From contig OZ220733.1 in the NCBI GenBank assembly GCA_965116875.1, positions 1,536,001-1,600,000 of the forward strand: a DNA stretch of 64,000 nt, read 5' to 3'. Below the pieces are notes generated by a model. That model ran no database searches and had not been told where the DNA came from. It worked only from the letters and a program-made list of their open reading frames with translations. The stretch is from Candidatus Latescibacterota bacterium (GTDB taxonomy: Bacteria; Latescibacterota; UBA2968; GCA-2709665). Every line of letters starts with the position of its first letter. Positions within the stretch are counted from its first letter, which is position 1. Positions 30,742-40,945 of the stretch are shown in pieces. The position numbers were made by a program, and so were the translations under genes.

Positions 30742-30956
30742 ATGGTTCTCCTGTTTGCCTTTTCTCCGTCTGTTCTTGTGAAAACCGAACCCTGCTAATC
30801 TCTTTAACGAATATGGCGGAATTCCGTTCCGTAGAAACCGGGAGACGGGAGACTGACCTACCCCCTAACCCCCTTCATGAAGGAAGAAGGAAAAAGGAAG
30901 AAGGAAGAAGGAAAGGTTTGCGCGATATCCTGTACTTACTTGCCTACGGCAGGAGC

Positions 30957-31493
30957 AGAAACCTGACAAGGCAGGCGATCTCTCCAGTCTGACGTCTTTT
31001 ACACCCATGAACTGCGTTCGGCGGTAGCGACAGACCTTTCCTTTCCATTCCACCTTTTTTCTTCGTCGTCCTTTTTCTTATGCGCGGAAGAAAAAGGACC
31101 AAAAAGAAGCGCGCCCTTCGGCAGGGGGCCGGTTTTTCCGTGAATCACTCCGGAGGCACAAATGAGAATTGGGTGGCCTGCAAACTCTTCAGCAATACCA
31201 GTGCAGATGCGCTGGACGGAACAGCACGGAAAAACCCCCCTTACCCCCGTGCGCCCGATGTGAAATCAATTGCAGGGGCGAGACCTACCCCCTAACCCCC
31301 TTCCTAAAGGAAGGGGGAACGGCGATGGGTTGATGTCCTGGGCATACAAATGTGCCGGGTGGCAATTTCCTTTCAATCAGAGTGTCTATCAATGACCGGC
31401 ACGCGACGTGTGCCTTTCCTCCCTCTCTCCCGGTGGGAGAGAGGGCCGGGGAGAGAGGTCTGCGGGGGGAGGGGACGCTGACGGCTGAGAGCT
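30957..31493 (+). repeat. Left copy of a ~540-570 bp direct repeat flanking the Uma2 gene
   Basis: Colinear with 32442-33010 from AAACCTGACAAGGCAGGC through GCTGACGGCTGAGAGCT. Confidence 0.85.
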
Positions 31494-31515
31494 TTGCCTG
31501 AGAGGTCTGGTTTTC

Positions 31516-31548
31516 AAAAAAAACCGGCGCGCCGATCGCCCCGGTTTC
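31516..31548 (-). terminator. Probable terminator downstream of the Uma2 gene
   Basis: AAAAAAAACCGG...CCGGTTT hairpin with U tract on - strand. Confidence 0.45.
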
Positions 31549-31635
31549 CTGCGTCCCTCAACGGGTTGCTCTCGTCATTCTACCGACCGTCCCCACGTCG
31601 GCTGCCTGAAAAAAAACGGGACGTGATACCGCCTC

Positions 31636-32184
31636 TCAAAACACATCGTCGATATTCAACCTGAAACCCCGCAAAGCAGCCGAAGTCAACCTCTCTCCTG
31701 CACCGCAGACTTCCGCAACCTCCAATCCACGCTTGCCTGGCAGCAGGACCGTGATGGTTTCTTCCTCTGTGTCCACGATCCAGTATTCTCTTACGCCGTG
31801 CCTGGAATACAGTACTCGCTTGAATGTCGTGTCGCGTGTGGCCGTAGTGGGAGAGAGGATTTCGACGACCAGGTCCGGGGCGCCCTGCACATTCTCGGGG
31901 GTGATGATGCGGCTGCGTTGGTTGGAGACAAAGAGCAGATCCGGTTGCACCACGTCCAGGTCCGACAACACCACGTCGAAGGGAGCGACATAGACCCGCC
32001 CCAGGTTGTTCTCAGATGCGAACTGAAACAGTTTCGATCCCAACAGGATGGAAACCCGCTGGTGAAGTTCTCCCGGCGCGGGCGTCATAAGCAGATCTCC
32101 ATCTATAAGCTCGTACCGCTTGTCTTCCGGTGTGTTCAGATAGTCTTCGTATGTAAACTTGACCGTTGGATTGGAGACAGCCAT
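31636..32184 (-). CDS. Uma2 (DUF820) family endonuclease
   Basis: FTYEDY, RYELIDG, HQRV, VQPDLLFV, GAPDLVVEILSP, YSRHGVREYWIVD. Confidence 0.92.
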   Translation of the reverse strand: MAVSNPTVKFTYEDYLNTPEDKRYELIDGDLLMTPAPGELHQRVSILLGSKLFQFASENNLGRVYVAPFDVVLSDLDVVQPDLLFVSNQRSRIITPENVQGAPDLVVEILSPTTATRDTTFKRVLYSRHGVREYWIVDTEEETITVLLPGKRGLEVAEVCGAGERLTSAALRGFRLNIDDVF

Positions 32185-32441
32185 GGATGCCGCCCTTTCT
32201 CCGCGGGAGTCTTCCGTGGGTGAATCAGGCTTCAGGGCAACGCTCGGTCTCGTATGTGATTTCCCGGGTCAGAAGCCGAAACCTGCCGGAACGACGCCAT
32301 TAACGCGACGACCTTTTACCGATAACTCTTTACAAAATATCCATTGCATAGCGTACCGTCAAGCCCCGAAACGCCGGGAGACGGGAGAAGGGAGAAGGAA
32401 TCCCTGCTCGAAATTTCATTCCTCAATGCCTCCGGCACGAT

Positions 32442-33010
32442 AGAAAACCTGACAAGGCAGGCAATCTTTCCAGTCTCACGTCTTTCAAACCCATGAACTG
32501 CGTTCGGCGGTAGCGGCAGACCTCTCCTCTCCATTCCATCTTTTTTCTTCGTCGTCCTTTTTCTTATGCGCGGAAGAAAAAGGACCAAAAAGAAGCGCGC
32601 CCTTCGGCAGGGGGCCGGTTTTTCCGTGAATCACTCCGGAGGCATAAATGGGAATTGGGTGGCCTGCCAACCTTCCAGCAGTATCGTTGCAAATGCATTG
32701 GACGGACAAGCACGGAAAAACCCCCCATACCCCCGGTCGCATCATGTGAAATGCATTGATAGTGCGAGCCACTCCTTTCCTCCCTCTCTCCTGGACCTAC
32801 CCCCTAACCCCCTTCCTGAAGGAAGGGGGAATGTTGACGGGTGGTTGTACAGGCTTTGTGACGTGCCGGATAGCGATTACCCTTCAATCAGAGTGTCTAT
32901 CAACGACCGGCGCACGACGTGTGCCTTTCCTCCCTCTTTCCTTTAGGAGAGAGGGCCGGGGAGAGAGGTCTGCGGGGGGAGGGGTCGCTGACTGCTGACG
33001 GCTGAGAGCT
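32442..33010 (+). repeat. Right copy of the direct repeat flanking the Uma2 gene
   Basis: Colinear with 30957-31493; contains a 177-bp GACCT...AGGTC element at 32794-32970. Confidence 0.85.
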
Positions 33011-33030
33011 GATAGCTGCTTTTTGGAGGC

Positions 33031-33066
33031 AAAAAAGCCGCCGAACGCGAGGTCCGGCGGCTTTTT
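33031..33066. terminator. Intrinsic terminator (bidirectional shape) after the surface-protein operon
   Basis: AAAAAAGCCGCCG-loop-CGGCGGCTTTTT. Confidence 0.8.
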
Positions 33067-33090
33067 GTTTTTCCATCTGTGCGGCTGCGA

Positions 33091-34563
33091 TTACTTGAGC
33101 AGCAGCATCTTCTGGGACAGCGTGGTGGTTCCGGCGTCGACCTTGGCGATGTAAACGCCGCTTGCAACGCCCCTGCCCTGATTGTCGCGCGCGTCCCACT
33201 GGACCGAGTAGCGGCCGGCCGAGTTGAACTGCGAAATCAGGTGCCGCACCTGCTGGCCCAGCACGTCATAGATGACCACCGAAACCGGAGCGGATTCGGG
33301 AAGCTCGTACGAAATCGTGGTGCTGGGGTTGAACGGGTTCGGATAGACGTTGACCGCAAACTCCGTGGGCAACGGCATCCGGGCGCCCAGAAGCACCTCA
33401 ATCACGTTCGACTGCGAGATCGAGCCGTCCAGGTCCACCTGTTCGAGCCTGTAGAACACCTTCTCCACGCCCGGCAGGTTCTTGTCTTCAAAGCTGTAGT
33501 TCATCAGGGCATCGGCCGTTCCCGCGCCCTGCACAAAATTGCCAACCGCCTCAAACGTCTCGCCGTCGACGCTACGCGTGACCCGCCAGCCCGCATTGTT
33601 CGTCTGCGAGACCGTGGACCAGTTCAGGACCACGCGGTCCGTCTGCAGCGCGCCGTCGAAGGAGGCCAGTTCGGCCGGGTTCAACTGGGTGAACGTAAAC
33701 GTCACCGGAGCGGTGTCCTCACCGTTCACGGTGGCCTTCACGGTTACCTGAAGGCTCCCGCCTGTAACCTTAATGACGATCTTATCCGCCGACACCATCA
33801 TATGGTCGTCGAGTTCGAGCATCATCCCGTCCGCGTCCAGGACGCTGAGTGTACCGTCGCCCGTGGAGGTTACGGTCCATGAAATCGTTGGCTCGTCCGG
33901 GAGGTTGTCCAGTCCCAGGGTCACCGAGGCGCTTCCGCCCATGGCGGGAATCTGAACCATATTCCCCGCCATCAGGTCATCGCCCATTCCCATGATGGTT
34001 GGACCCTTCGGAGCCTCGACGGTCACGATGGCTTCGGACACGTCCAGAGAATCCACCTCGGTCGTCGTGATTACGGCAGTTTTCGCGTAGAAGGATGCGC
34101 CGTCCTCAATGTTGCCAAGCGCTACAATCTTCACCGTGGCGAAATAGCCATTGTCCGGCAACGGCGCCGCGGGGAACTGCAGAAGCGAAAATTCGTCGTC
34201 CTTCAGGGACTGCGGGTTCGGGATTGTCCCAATACCATCGACCGCGACGATCTTCCAGCTCTCGTCGAACATCATATCCATATTGCTGTCGGCAAATTTC
34301 ACGCCGCCGCCCAGCGTGCTCACGCCGCCGCCGTCTTCGATGAACAACTCCACCTTGATCGTGTCGCCTTCCATGGTCATCGACGGCGCGATCGTATTCA
34401 CGCCCTCGTTTACCTTGTCGGCATTGTCTTCAACCATATTGAACACGGTATCGACCAGCAGCTTCTTGCCCGCCAGGTCGCCCGCATCGGCGCTTCCGAC
34501 CGCGACGGTCACAAGAAAAGCGGCCACCGTCACGAAGCTCAGAATCGGTTTAACTCTATACAT
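33091..34563 (-). CDS. Secreted protein with T9SS-type/FlgD-Ig C-terminal sorting domain and possible N-terminal cohesin-like domain
   Basis: Signal peptide; PAELASFDG...VVLNWSTVSQTNNAGW module; YPNPFNPSTTISYELP...YDVLGQQV...WDARDNQG..VASGVY...QKMLLLK. Confidence 0.82.
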   Translation of the reverse strand: MYRVKPILSFVTVAAFLVTVAVGSADAGDLAGKKLLVDTVFNMVEDNADKVNEGVNTIAPSMTMEGDTIKVELFIEDGGGVSTLGGGVKFADSNMDMMFDESWKIVAVDGIGTIPNPQSLKDDEFSLLQFPAAPLPDNGYFATVKIVALGNIEDGASFYAKTAVITTTEVDSLDVSEAIVTVEAPKGPTIMGMGDDLMAGNMVQIPAMGGSASVTLGLDNLPDEPTISWTVTSTGDGTLSVLDADGMMLELDDHMMVSADKIVIKVTGGSLQVTVKATVNGEDTAPVTFTFTQLNPAELASFDGALQTDRVVLNWSTVSQTNNAGWRVTRSVDGETFEAVGNFVQGAGTADALMNYSFEDKNLPGVEKVFYRLEQVDLDGSISQSNVIEVLLGARMPLPTEFAVNVYPNPFNPSTTISYELPESAPVSVVIYDVLGQQVRHLISQFNSAGRYSVQWDARDNQGRGVASGVYIAKVDAGTTTLSQKMLLLK

Positions 34564-34623
34564 CTCGCCTCTCCTTGTCGGTGTGTGTGATTCGCTCCAG
34601 AATCGAATGCTCGCTCCAGAAGG

Positions 34624-34663
34624 AAAAAGAGAAGTATGGGAGGCCCCGGAGGACCTCCCATAC
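34624..34663 (-). terminator. Intergenic stem-loop (terminator/attenuator) between the two surface-protein genes
   Basis: GTATGGGAGG-10nt-CCTCCCATAC perfect 10-bp stem followed on - strand by TTCTCTTTTT. Confidence 0.65.
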
Positions 34664-34672
34664 CCTTCCTGA

Positions 34673-37600
34673 TTACTTGAGCAACATCAACCGCTTGGCA
34701 TCCTGGAACTTACCGGCAACCGAGACCTGATAGAAGTAAATTCCACTCGAAACCGATACTCCGCGGTCGTCCATACCGCTCCACTGCACCGTATACCGTC
34801 CGGGCGTCTGGCGTTCGCGCACCAGCGTCCGAACTTCCTGGCCCAGCAGGTTGTAGATCCGGAGGACCACGTCGCCGCCTTCAGCCAGGTCATACGGAAT
34901 ATTGGTTTGCGGGTTGAACGGGTTCGGATAGTTCTGGTGCAGCGCGAACTCAGTGGGCGTGCTCTGCACGTCCAGCGCGCCAAGCGACACCACCGGGTTC
35001 TGCAGTTGATCCGCGTCGAACACCACGCCCTGTGCAATTTCGAAGCGGGCGTTGTCCTGGAACTCGCTCAGAACCTTGAACGTGAAGGTTACCAGCGCGC
35101 CTCCGCCGCTCACCGTTCCGGATTCGGTAATGACGTTCACCACCGAGACCCGGCCCTCTTCCGGCCAGTTCTTGAACAGCGGCGTCTCGCCACCGTCGGA
35201 CTTCAGCAGATCGTTCTCGGCGGGCACGGCGCTGACGAATTCGAACTTATCAGCGTCATACAACAGTTCCAGACCGTAGCCGTTCAACGCTTTGGCGTTG
35301 GCCATGGACACCGTCAAGGTGATCGTCTCGCCAACCAGCACCTTCTCGCCGGTCAATTCGAGCGTCATCTCCGTGTCGGCGTTCACGCCCGGACGCTGCG
35401 GAACCACCGCCAGCTTGCTTCCGGAAGGCAGCACCGCCGTCTTGCCGAACGACGCTGCCGCGATCGCCAGGTCGACGAAGTTGACAACGCCGTCGTCATC
35501 GACGTCGGCCTGCGGGTTGTAGTTGGCTTCGCCCTTCTGGCTGCCAAAGGCCGCGCCGAAGGCGATGATGTCTTCAAAGTCGACCTCGAGGTTGCCGCCC
35601 TGCGCAGGCAGCACCATCAGGTAGACCGGGTCGCCGTTGGCGTCCACGAAGCTCACACGGACCGAGATATCAGTGACCGTGATCAGGTCGCTCATCGCCA
35701 CGTTATTGTCGTCAAACGCGTCGATGCGATAGACCAGCGAGGTGGCGCCATCGGGCAGGTTGTCGTCGGTGAACTGGGTGGATCCCGGAGCCAGCGTGGC
35801 GGCCGTCTCAAGTGCGTCGGCGGACGCGCCCCGCATCACCGTGTAGCCCTTCACACCCATGATTGGAATGTTGTAATTGCGATACGGAATGGAGCCTACC
35901 ACGCCGTCATTCGCCGAAGCCGTCCAGCGCAGAATCACACCACCGGCGCCGGTGCCACTGGCATCGGTAACCGCGGCGGGAGCGATGTCGTCAACGGCTG
36001 CCACCGGCTCCTCCGTGACCGTGCGAGCGGACGACAGGAAACTGCCCGCGTGGCCGGTACGGATGTTGGCCGGAACATTGCCGCTGCCCACCAGCGCGCC
36101 CACGTCCGGATTCACCGGCGCGAAGATGACGTTCTTCTGGTCGCCGATCAGCGACTTGACGTAGTCCTCAGGCGCGTTGAACTGATTGCTCAGCTCCTCG
36201 TCCGTCAGAAGCTCCGCCTCGGGCGCCATACCCAGCAACTGCAGCGTCTGCTGGATGCTCTCCTTCGTGAACACGCGCTTGCTGGCCGTGGTCGCGTCGG
36301 ATTCACCGGCGGCGGTCACCGCCGTAACGCCCCAGTTCGTGGCTACGTTGTCGATTGCAGGAACGATCACGGTCTGCATGTCGCCTTCCGCGTCGCCCAT
36401 CTCGTCACCGGCGTCGGCGGAGAAGCTGACGCTGGTCCAGGCCACCCACTTCTTCACGGGCTCTTCGAGCTCAACCACGTTGCCTTCATCATCCACACCC
36501 GTGGTCGAGTCGATCTCCCGGGAAATCTGGTAGGCGGACACGGCTTCGTGCTGCGACGAGTTCGGGAAGCTGATTACCACAACGCCGCCCTGGTCGCCTT
36601 CACCGTCCGCGCCCTTGTAGTCCTGCACCACGATATTGGCTGGCGCAGCAGGCGCGCCCGGATCAGGACCGTCTCCGTCTGTGGATACGATATTGACGGT
36701 AACGCTGCCCACGAGGGCGCCGGTCTTATCTGCTACAGGTGTATCTGCCTGCAAGGCGCCGGTTACGTAGGTATCGACGATCGTCCTGACGCTGATCGTC
36801 GCGCTGCCGCTGGCGTCGCTAGCCAGCGCGCCGTAGGTAGCCCCGTCCGTGCTGGTCACCATCTGCTGACCGGAGGGCACCGACACCGCGGCGTTGCTGG
36901 AAGCGAAGGTGAAGGGAATCGATGTGTAATCCTTCGAACCCGTATTGTTGTCAATCCTCAAACTCGGGTTGTCGAAGGCATCGGTCGGGACCACGCTGAC
37001 CGTAAAGGAGCCGGCCACGTTGTCCGTTGAGATTTCACCCTCGATCGCCGTGACCCTGAACTTCGAGAACTCAGCGATCTGGACGTTGAACGGCTTGGCA
37101 GCCTGCCCGCTGATCCGCAGCGTGTAGGCGCCGGTGGCCGGATCAATCGTGCCCTCGGCCGCGTACAGGACCACGCCCGTGAGCGGCTTCGTGGACTTGA
37201 ACTTGACTTCCCGCGAACCCGCGTGCCAGCCGTCGCCGTCCAGGATGGCGGCCTTGGCCACCATACCCAGAGCGGCCAGGTCGGCGGGAAGCGTGAACGC
37301 GGGCGCCGCTTCTACACCGGTGCCGCTGAACGTCACGCCTTCCAGCGCTTCGGCCTGATCGCCGGAAACGATTGCGGCAATTGCCGACGGCGTGTGATAG
37401 GTCACCGCCCGAACGTCGCCCGCGGCGCTATCCCGTTCCTTTTCCATACGCGTCAGCGTTGTGTCGATCACGGACATCGCTATCTTGTAGTCCACCCCGG
37501 AAACCACCTTCTCCTTCTGGGCGGCATCCGGCACGACCACGAACTGATCGGCGTCCGGATTTTCAAAGACGTCCTTGAACGTGAGCGTACCGCCCTTCGT

Positions 37601-39724
37601 CACGCTGGCGTTGCCCGCCACGTCAATCGCCAGGATGTCCAGTTCGTACCTCTGGCGATCGATGAAGGTGGTATCGTTCACCGGCCAGGAGACCAGACTG
37701 CCCACCGTCTCCAGCCTGACGGCGCCCGGGCCGTATGGCTGCACGATGGCCGGCCCGCCGCCCTGCTCATGATAACGGATGGATAGGGAGTCCAGCTCTT
37801 CGCTGATGATAAAGACCGGATCCTTGGTGGCCGGGACGATGGTGGGCGCGTCCTCGTTGTCCGCGTCCTTGGGCGCGGTCGCGTTGGTCGGGAACAGATT
37901 GCTGACCTTCGGGGTATTTCCGTCCAGCGTGATGCCCGTCAGATCCTTATACTCAGTCTTGTTGCCCAGACTGTCCCAGACGGTGATGATAATGTCCCCG
38001 ACCGTTCCGCCCGCGGGTACGTACTTGTTCTTCGCAACGCCCGCCACGACGTCGTTGTCCTCCGTGAACCACACGTGCTGATTGGAGGGCTTGGCGCTGT
38101 CGGCGGCGGTTGCCCCGGTTTCCGGGATCATAATGTTGAGAAAGTCCACCGTGGCCGTTTTATCGCTGCCCGTGGGGTCAAGCGGATACCTGTTTGCAGC
38201 GTCTTCGGTGGCATCGGTGGCAGGATTATCGCCGTGGCCCATGTAGTCTTCCAACGTGAGCGTACTGTCGGCGTGCTTGATGGTGATCTTGCTCGGCCCT
38301 TCGCTGAGTTTGAACACGAGCGGATTCAAATCGCGGTTGCTTGTGCCGCCCGCCACCTCACCCGACAACGGCGTATAAGTGGAAAGCGTCTGCTTGATCG
38401 CCGCGGTGATGACAGGATCGTGCGATCCGGCCGCCATACTGTCGGGATTGGGATAAACCACCGTCACCTTGGGCGCGGTCGCGTCGCCGATGATCGGAAC
38501 GTTTGTGTCTTGGTCCGAGCCAGCTGTCACATCATCGGCTGCGGTCAGGGTACCTAAGGTAGCGGTTACATCGTCGACGAGCACGTCATTGGTGCCGTGA
38601 AGGTCTTTCCAATCGGCAGCCGATGGGTCCGCAGCCGTAGCGCCTCCCACGTTGCCGGCGACGTCCACGAGATAGGCGAAGAGCTCGAGCCGCTCGTTAT
38701 CCTTGAACTGCCCCGCGGCGACTTTCATATCGACGCTCGGATTCGGGCTGTACAGCCTGTCCCCCTTCAACTCGATTTTCAGCCGCGCATCATCCTTGAA
38801 AGCGAGGGCATTCGCATCTTCCGGGCCCAATGCAAGGCCAGGGACAGTGTTTGGGGGTGTCGGTATTACCGGATTGGTATATCGCGTAATCGAGTCGGCG
38901 GGAACGAGACCGATTTCGATCCTGTCCGCCCTGGCGCTGAGAATTGCATTGGTATTCAAATTCAGCACCGCTCTGAATACCTTGTCGGTGACAATCTGGA
39001 TCTCTCTGACGAGGTGCGGCGGTTCGCCGGAAGACACATCGGCCGTATCGGTCTTTATTGTGGTCAACCTGCCCAGGTCCAGCGCGATACTCTCAAATAC
39101 ATCCGCGTGAATCGGGCGTTCGGCGTCGACACCGAAGAGCTTCCCGTCACCCACGCGGCTGGCGCCGAAGCCGGCCGTGGCGGGCGTGATCTTCCGGTTA
39201 CGCATCAGGTTGTTCAGAGCAGCATCGGCGCCTGCCGGATCCACCACAACCTTCAACGCGTGGTTGCTGGCGCTCTCGAAATTATCGCCTGCAGTTTCGT
39301 TGGCGATGATCCCGATCTTGACCTTGAAGGTGTCGACGCCCGAAGTCTCGCCGTCGCCCCATGTTACCAGATCTTGGCCCGTCGCTCCGGTGGCGGAGAC
39401 CCACGAACCACTAGCACCTACGGCAAGATTGTAGAATATATTATTGTCGCCAGTTCCGGATCTGGCGGTGGTCCCGACGTCGGCGTCAGCAACGCTGGAG
39501 TCGACCACGGCCACCTGGAAACCACCATCGAGCCGACCGTCATAACACAGGATCCGGACTCTGATTGTATCGGTGATCGCGACCCATTCGTTGGCCTTAG
39601 GCGCGTCGACGCGAATCAGGATACCCTGCGTGGCGGCCACCTCAACCTGGGCCGAGGCCACGCCAACCACTCCGAAAACCAGCAGAAACGCCAAACCAAT
39701 GCTTGAAACCGTTTTTAACTGCAT
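34673..39724 (-). CDS. Very large secreted surface protein (~1680 aa) with dockerin-like, cohesin-like and T9SS/FlgD C-terminal domains
   Basis: AAGGAGG RBS and signal peptide; DFEDIIAFGAAFG...ADVDDDGVVNFVDL; GETITLTVSMANAKALNGYGLELLYDADKFEFV...GALVTFTFKVL; FALHQNYPNPFNPQT...KRLMLLK. Confidence 0.85.
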   Translation of the reverse strand: MQLKTVSSIGLAFLLVFGVVGVASAQVEVAATQGILIRVDAPKANEWVAITDTIRVRILCYDGRLDGGFQVAVVDSSVADADVGTTARSGTGDNNIFYNLAVGASGSWVSATGATGQDLVTWGDGETSGVDTFKVKIGIIANETAGDNFESASNHALKVVVDPAGADAALNNLMRNRKITPATAGFGASRVGDGKLFGVDAERPIHADVFESIALDLGRLTTIKTDTADVSSGEPPHLVREIQIVTDKVFRAVLNLNTNAILSARADRIEIGLVPADSITRYTNPVIPTPPNTVPGLALGPEDANALAFKDDARLKIELKGDRLYSPNPSVDMKVAAGQFKDNERLELFAYLVDVAGNVGGATAADPSAADWKDLHGTNDVLVDDVTATLGTLTAADDVTAGSDQDTNVPIIGDATAPKVTVVYPNPDSMAAGSHDPVITAAIKQTLSTYTPLSGEVAGGTSNRDLNPLVFKLSEGPSKITIKHADSTLTLEDYMGHGDNPATDATEDAANRYPLDPTGSDKTATVDFLNIMIPETGATAADSAKPSNQHVWFTEDNDVVAGVAKNKYVPAGGTVGDIIITVWDSLGNKTEYKDLTGITLDGNTPKVSNLFPTNATAPKDADNEDAPTIVPATKDPVFIISEELDSLSIRYHEQGGGPAIVQPYGPGAVRLETVGSLVSWPVNDTTFIDRQRYELDILAIDVAGNASVTKGGTLTFKDVFENPDADQFVVVPDAAQKEKVVSGVDYKIAMSVIDTTLTRMEKERDSAAGDVRAVTYHTPSAIAAIVSGDQAEALEGVTFSGTGVEAAPAFTLPADLAALGMVAKAAILDGDGWHAGSREVKFKSTKPLTGVVLYAAEGTIDPATGAYTLRISGQAAKPFNVQIAEFSKFRVTAIEGEISTDNVAGSFTVSVVPTDAFDNPSLRIDNNTGSKDYTSIPFTFASSNAAVSVPSGQQMVTSTDGATYGALASDASGSATISVRTIVDTYVTGALQADTPVADKTGALVGSVTVNIVSTDGDGPDPGAPAAPANIVVQDYKGADGEGDQGGVVVISFPNSSQHEAVSAYQISREIDSTTGVDDEGNVVELEEPVKKWVAWTSVSFSADAGDEMGDAEGDMQTVIVPAIDNVATNWGVTAVTAAGESDATTASKRVFTKESIQQTLQLLGMAPEAELLTDEELSNQFNAPEDYVKSLIGDQKNVIFAPVNPDVGALVGSGNVPANIRTGHAGSFLSSARTVTEEPVAAVDDIAPAAVTDASGTGAGGVILRWTASANDGVVGSIPYRNYNIPIMGVKGYTVMRGASADALETAATLAPGSTQFTDDNLPDGATSLVYRIDAFDDNNVAMSDLITVTDISVRVSFVDANGDPVYLMVLPAQGGNLEVDFEDIIAFGAAFGSQKGEANYNPQADVDDDGVVNFVDLAIAAASFGKTAVLPSGSKLAVVPQRPGVNADTEMTLELTGEKVLVGETITLTVSMANAKALNGYGLELLYDADKFEFVSAVPAENDLLKSDGGETPLFKNWPEEGRVSVVNVITESGTVSGGGALVTFTFKVLSEFQDNARFEIAQGVVFDADQLQNPVVSLGALDVQSTPTEFALHQNYPNPFNPQTNIPYDLAEGGDVVLRIYNLLGQEVRTLVRERQTPGRYTVQWSGMDDRGVSVSSGIYFYQVSVAGKFQDAKRLMLLK

Positions 39725-40153
39725 TACCAACCTCCTTGTGAAACAGGACGCTTCGTAAAACCTGCGGTAAACCTCCCTTGCTGCGTTGTGAAACCACTTC
39801 GTGAACACCGGAAACCCCCTGGGTGGGGGATGCCGGTAGTCGGAAGAGTTGTAAAATTTAGCGGTGATGGCGTTCCTCCCTTCGGTTGGAAAATTCAGAA
39901 GTTCCTTGCTTGCAACACCTTAACGTGACTATCGATATAGGTTGAACCCTTGTAGACACTCGCCCCTGTTACACCTCCTTTTAAATGCACGAAAGCCACC
40001 CCCACGTCTCCCACCTTCCAGAGATAGCACAGTTGACTCATATTGATTGTGTTTTGAGGTTTCAACAACCCGCTTCCGATAGTCGGTGAAAACAGCCGTG
40101 AATTCGGCTGATTTCGCTGTTTACACGCACATTATGCGGCAAACAGGTTCCTA

Positions 40154-40182
40154 AGTATACGCAACACTAAACAGGCTGTCAA
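40154..40182 (-). promoter_or_regulatory. Near-consensus sigma70 promoter giving a ~420-nt leader for the large surface protein
   Basis: TTGACA (40182-40177), 17 bp, TATACT (40159-40154) on - strand. Confidence 0.7.
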
Positions 40183-40193
40183 GTGTTTTTTAG

Positions 40194-40299
40194 CAGGATT
40201 TTCAGGATTAAAAAGCGACTGTGATTAACAGGATTAAAGGCAAACAGGATTAACAGGATTAAAGGCAAAAACCGAACCTGATTAAGCAGGATTAAAATC
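40194..40299 (+). repeat. Short imperfect CAGGATTAA repeats
   Basis: About six CAGGATT(AA) copies plus TGATTAA variants within ~105 bp. Confidence 0.7.
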
Positions 40300-40387
40300 A
40301 TAGGCGCCCAGCATTAAAACCGAAAACGGGGCTGCGTGTGACCACAATATAAAGGGCCTGTTCCAACAGGTACCACAATACCCTGTT

Positions 40388-40945
40388 TCAGCGCATCTGA
40401 TGCTCGAGGCGCTGGATTTCGTCGCGCAGGCTGGCGGCCTCTTCATATTGTTCATGCGCCACGGCCTCGCGCAGTTCCGCCTTCAGGGCCGTCAACCGGT
40501 CCGAAATCCCTCCCTCGACCTGCTCCACCTCGACGTCCAGAGAGGAATTGATGGGCATCCCGGCCTCCTGGATGACCCGGTCTTCCACGAAAACCGGGGC
40601 GCCCGTGCGGAGGGCCAGGGCGAGGGCGTCGCTGGGCCGGGAGTCCACGCCGATGGTTTTGCCTTCGGCATCCAGGCTGACCTCGGCGAAGAAGACGTCT
40701 TCCTCGAGCGCGTTGATGAGCACCCGCGTGACCTTGACGCCCATGCCGTCCAGTATGGACCGGAGCAACTCGCAGGTGGGCGGCCGGGGCGGTTCTTCAT
40801 CGTATAACGCCATGTAGATGGCCGTGGCTTCGAAATTGCCGATGGAGATGGGGAGGAAGATCTGCTGCTCCCTGTCTTTCAGCCACACCAGCGGCCGGTT
40901 GGTGTTGGGTTCCACCGCCACGCCGACCACGTTCATTTCCACCAT
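40388..40945 (-). CDS. Bifunctional nuclease family (DUF151) protein with C-terminal UVR domain
   Basis: LPISIGNFEATAI, PPRPPTCEL, DSRPSDALALALR..APVFV, AVAHEQYEEAASLRDEI. Confidence 0.9.
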   Translation of the reverse strand: MVEMNVVGVAVEPNTNRPLVWLKDREQQIFLPISIGNFEATAIYMALYDEEPPRPPTCELLRSILDGMGVKVTRVLINALEEDVFFAEVSLDAEGKTIGVDSRPSDALALALRTGAPVFVEDRVIQEAGMPINSSLDVEVEQVEGGISDRLTALKAELREAVAHEQYEEAASLRDEIQRLEHQMR

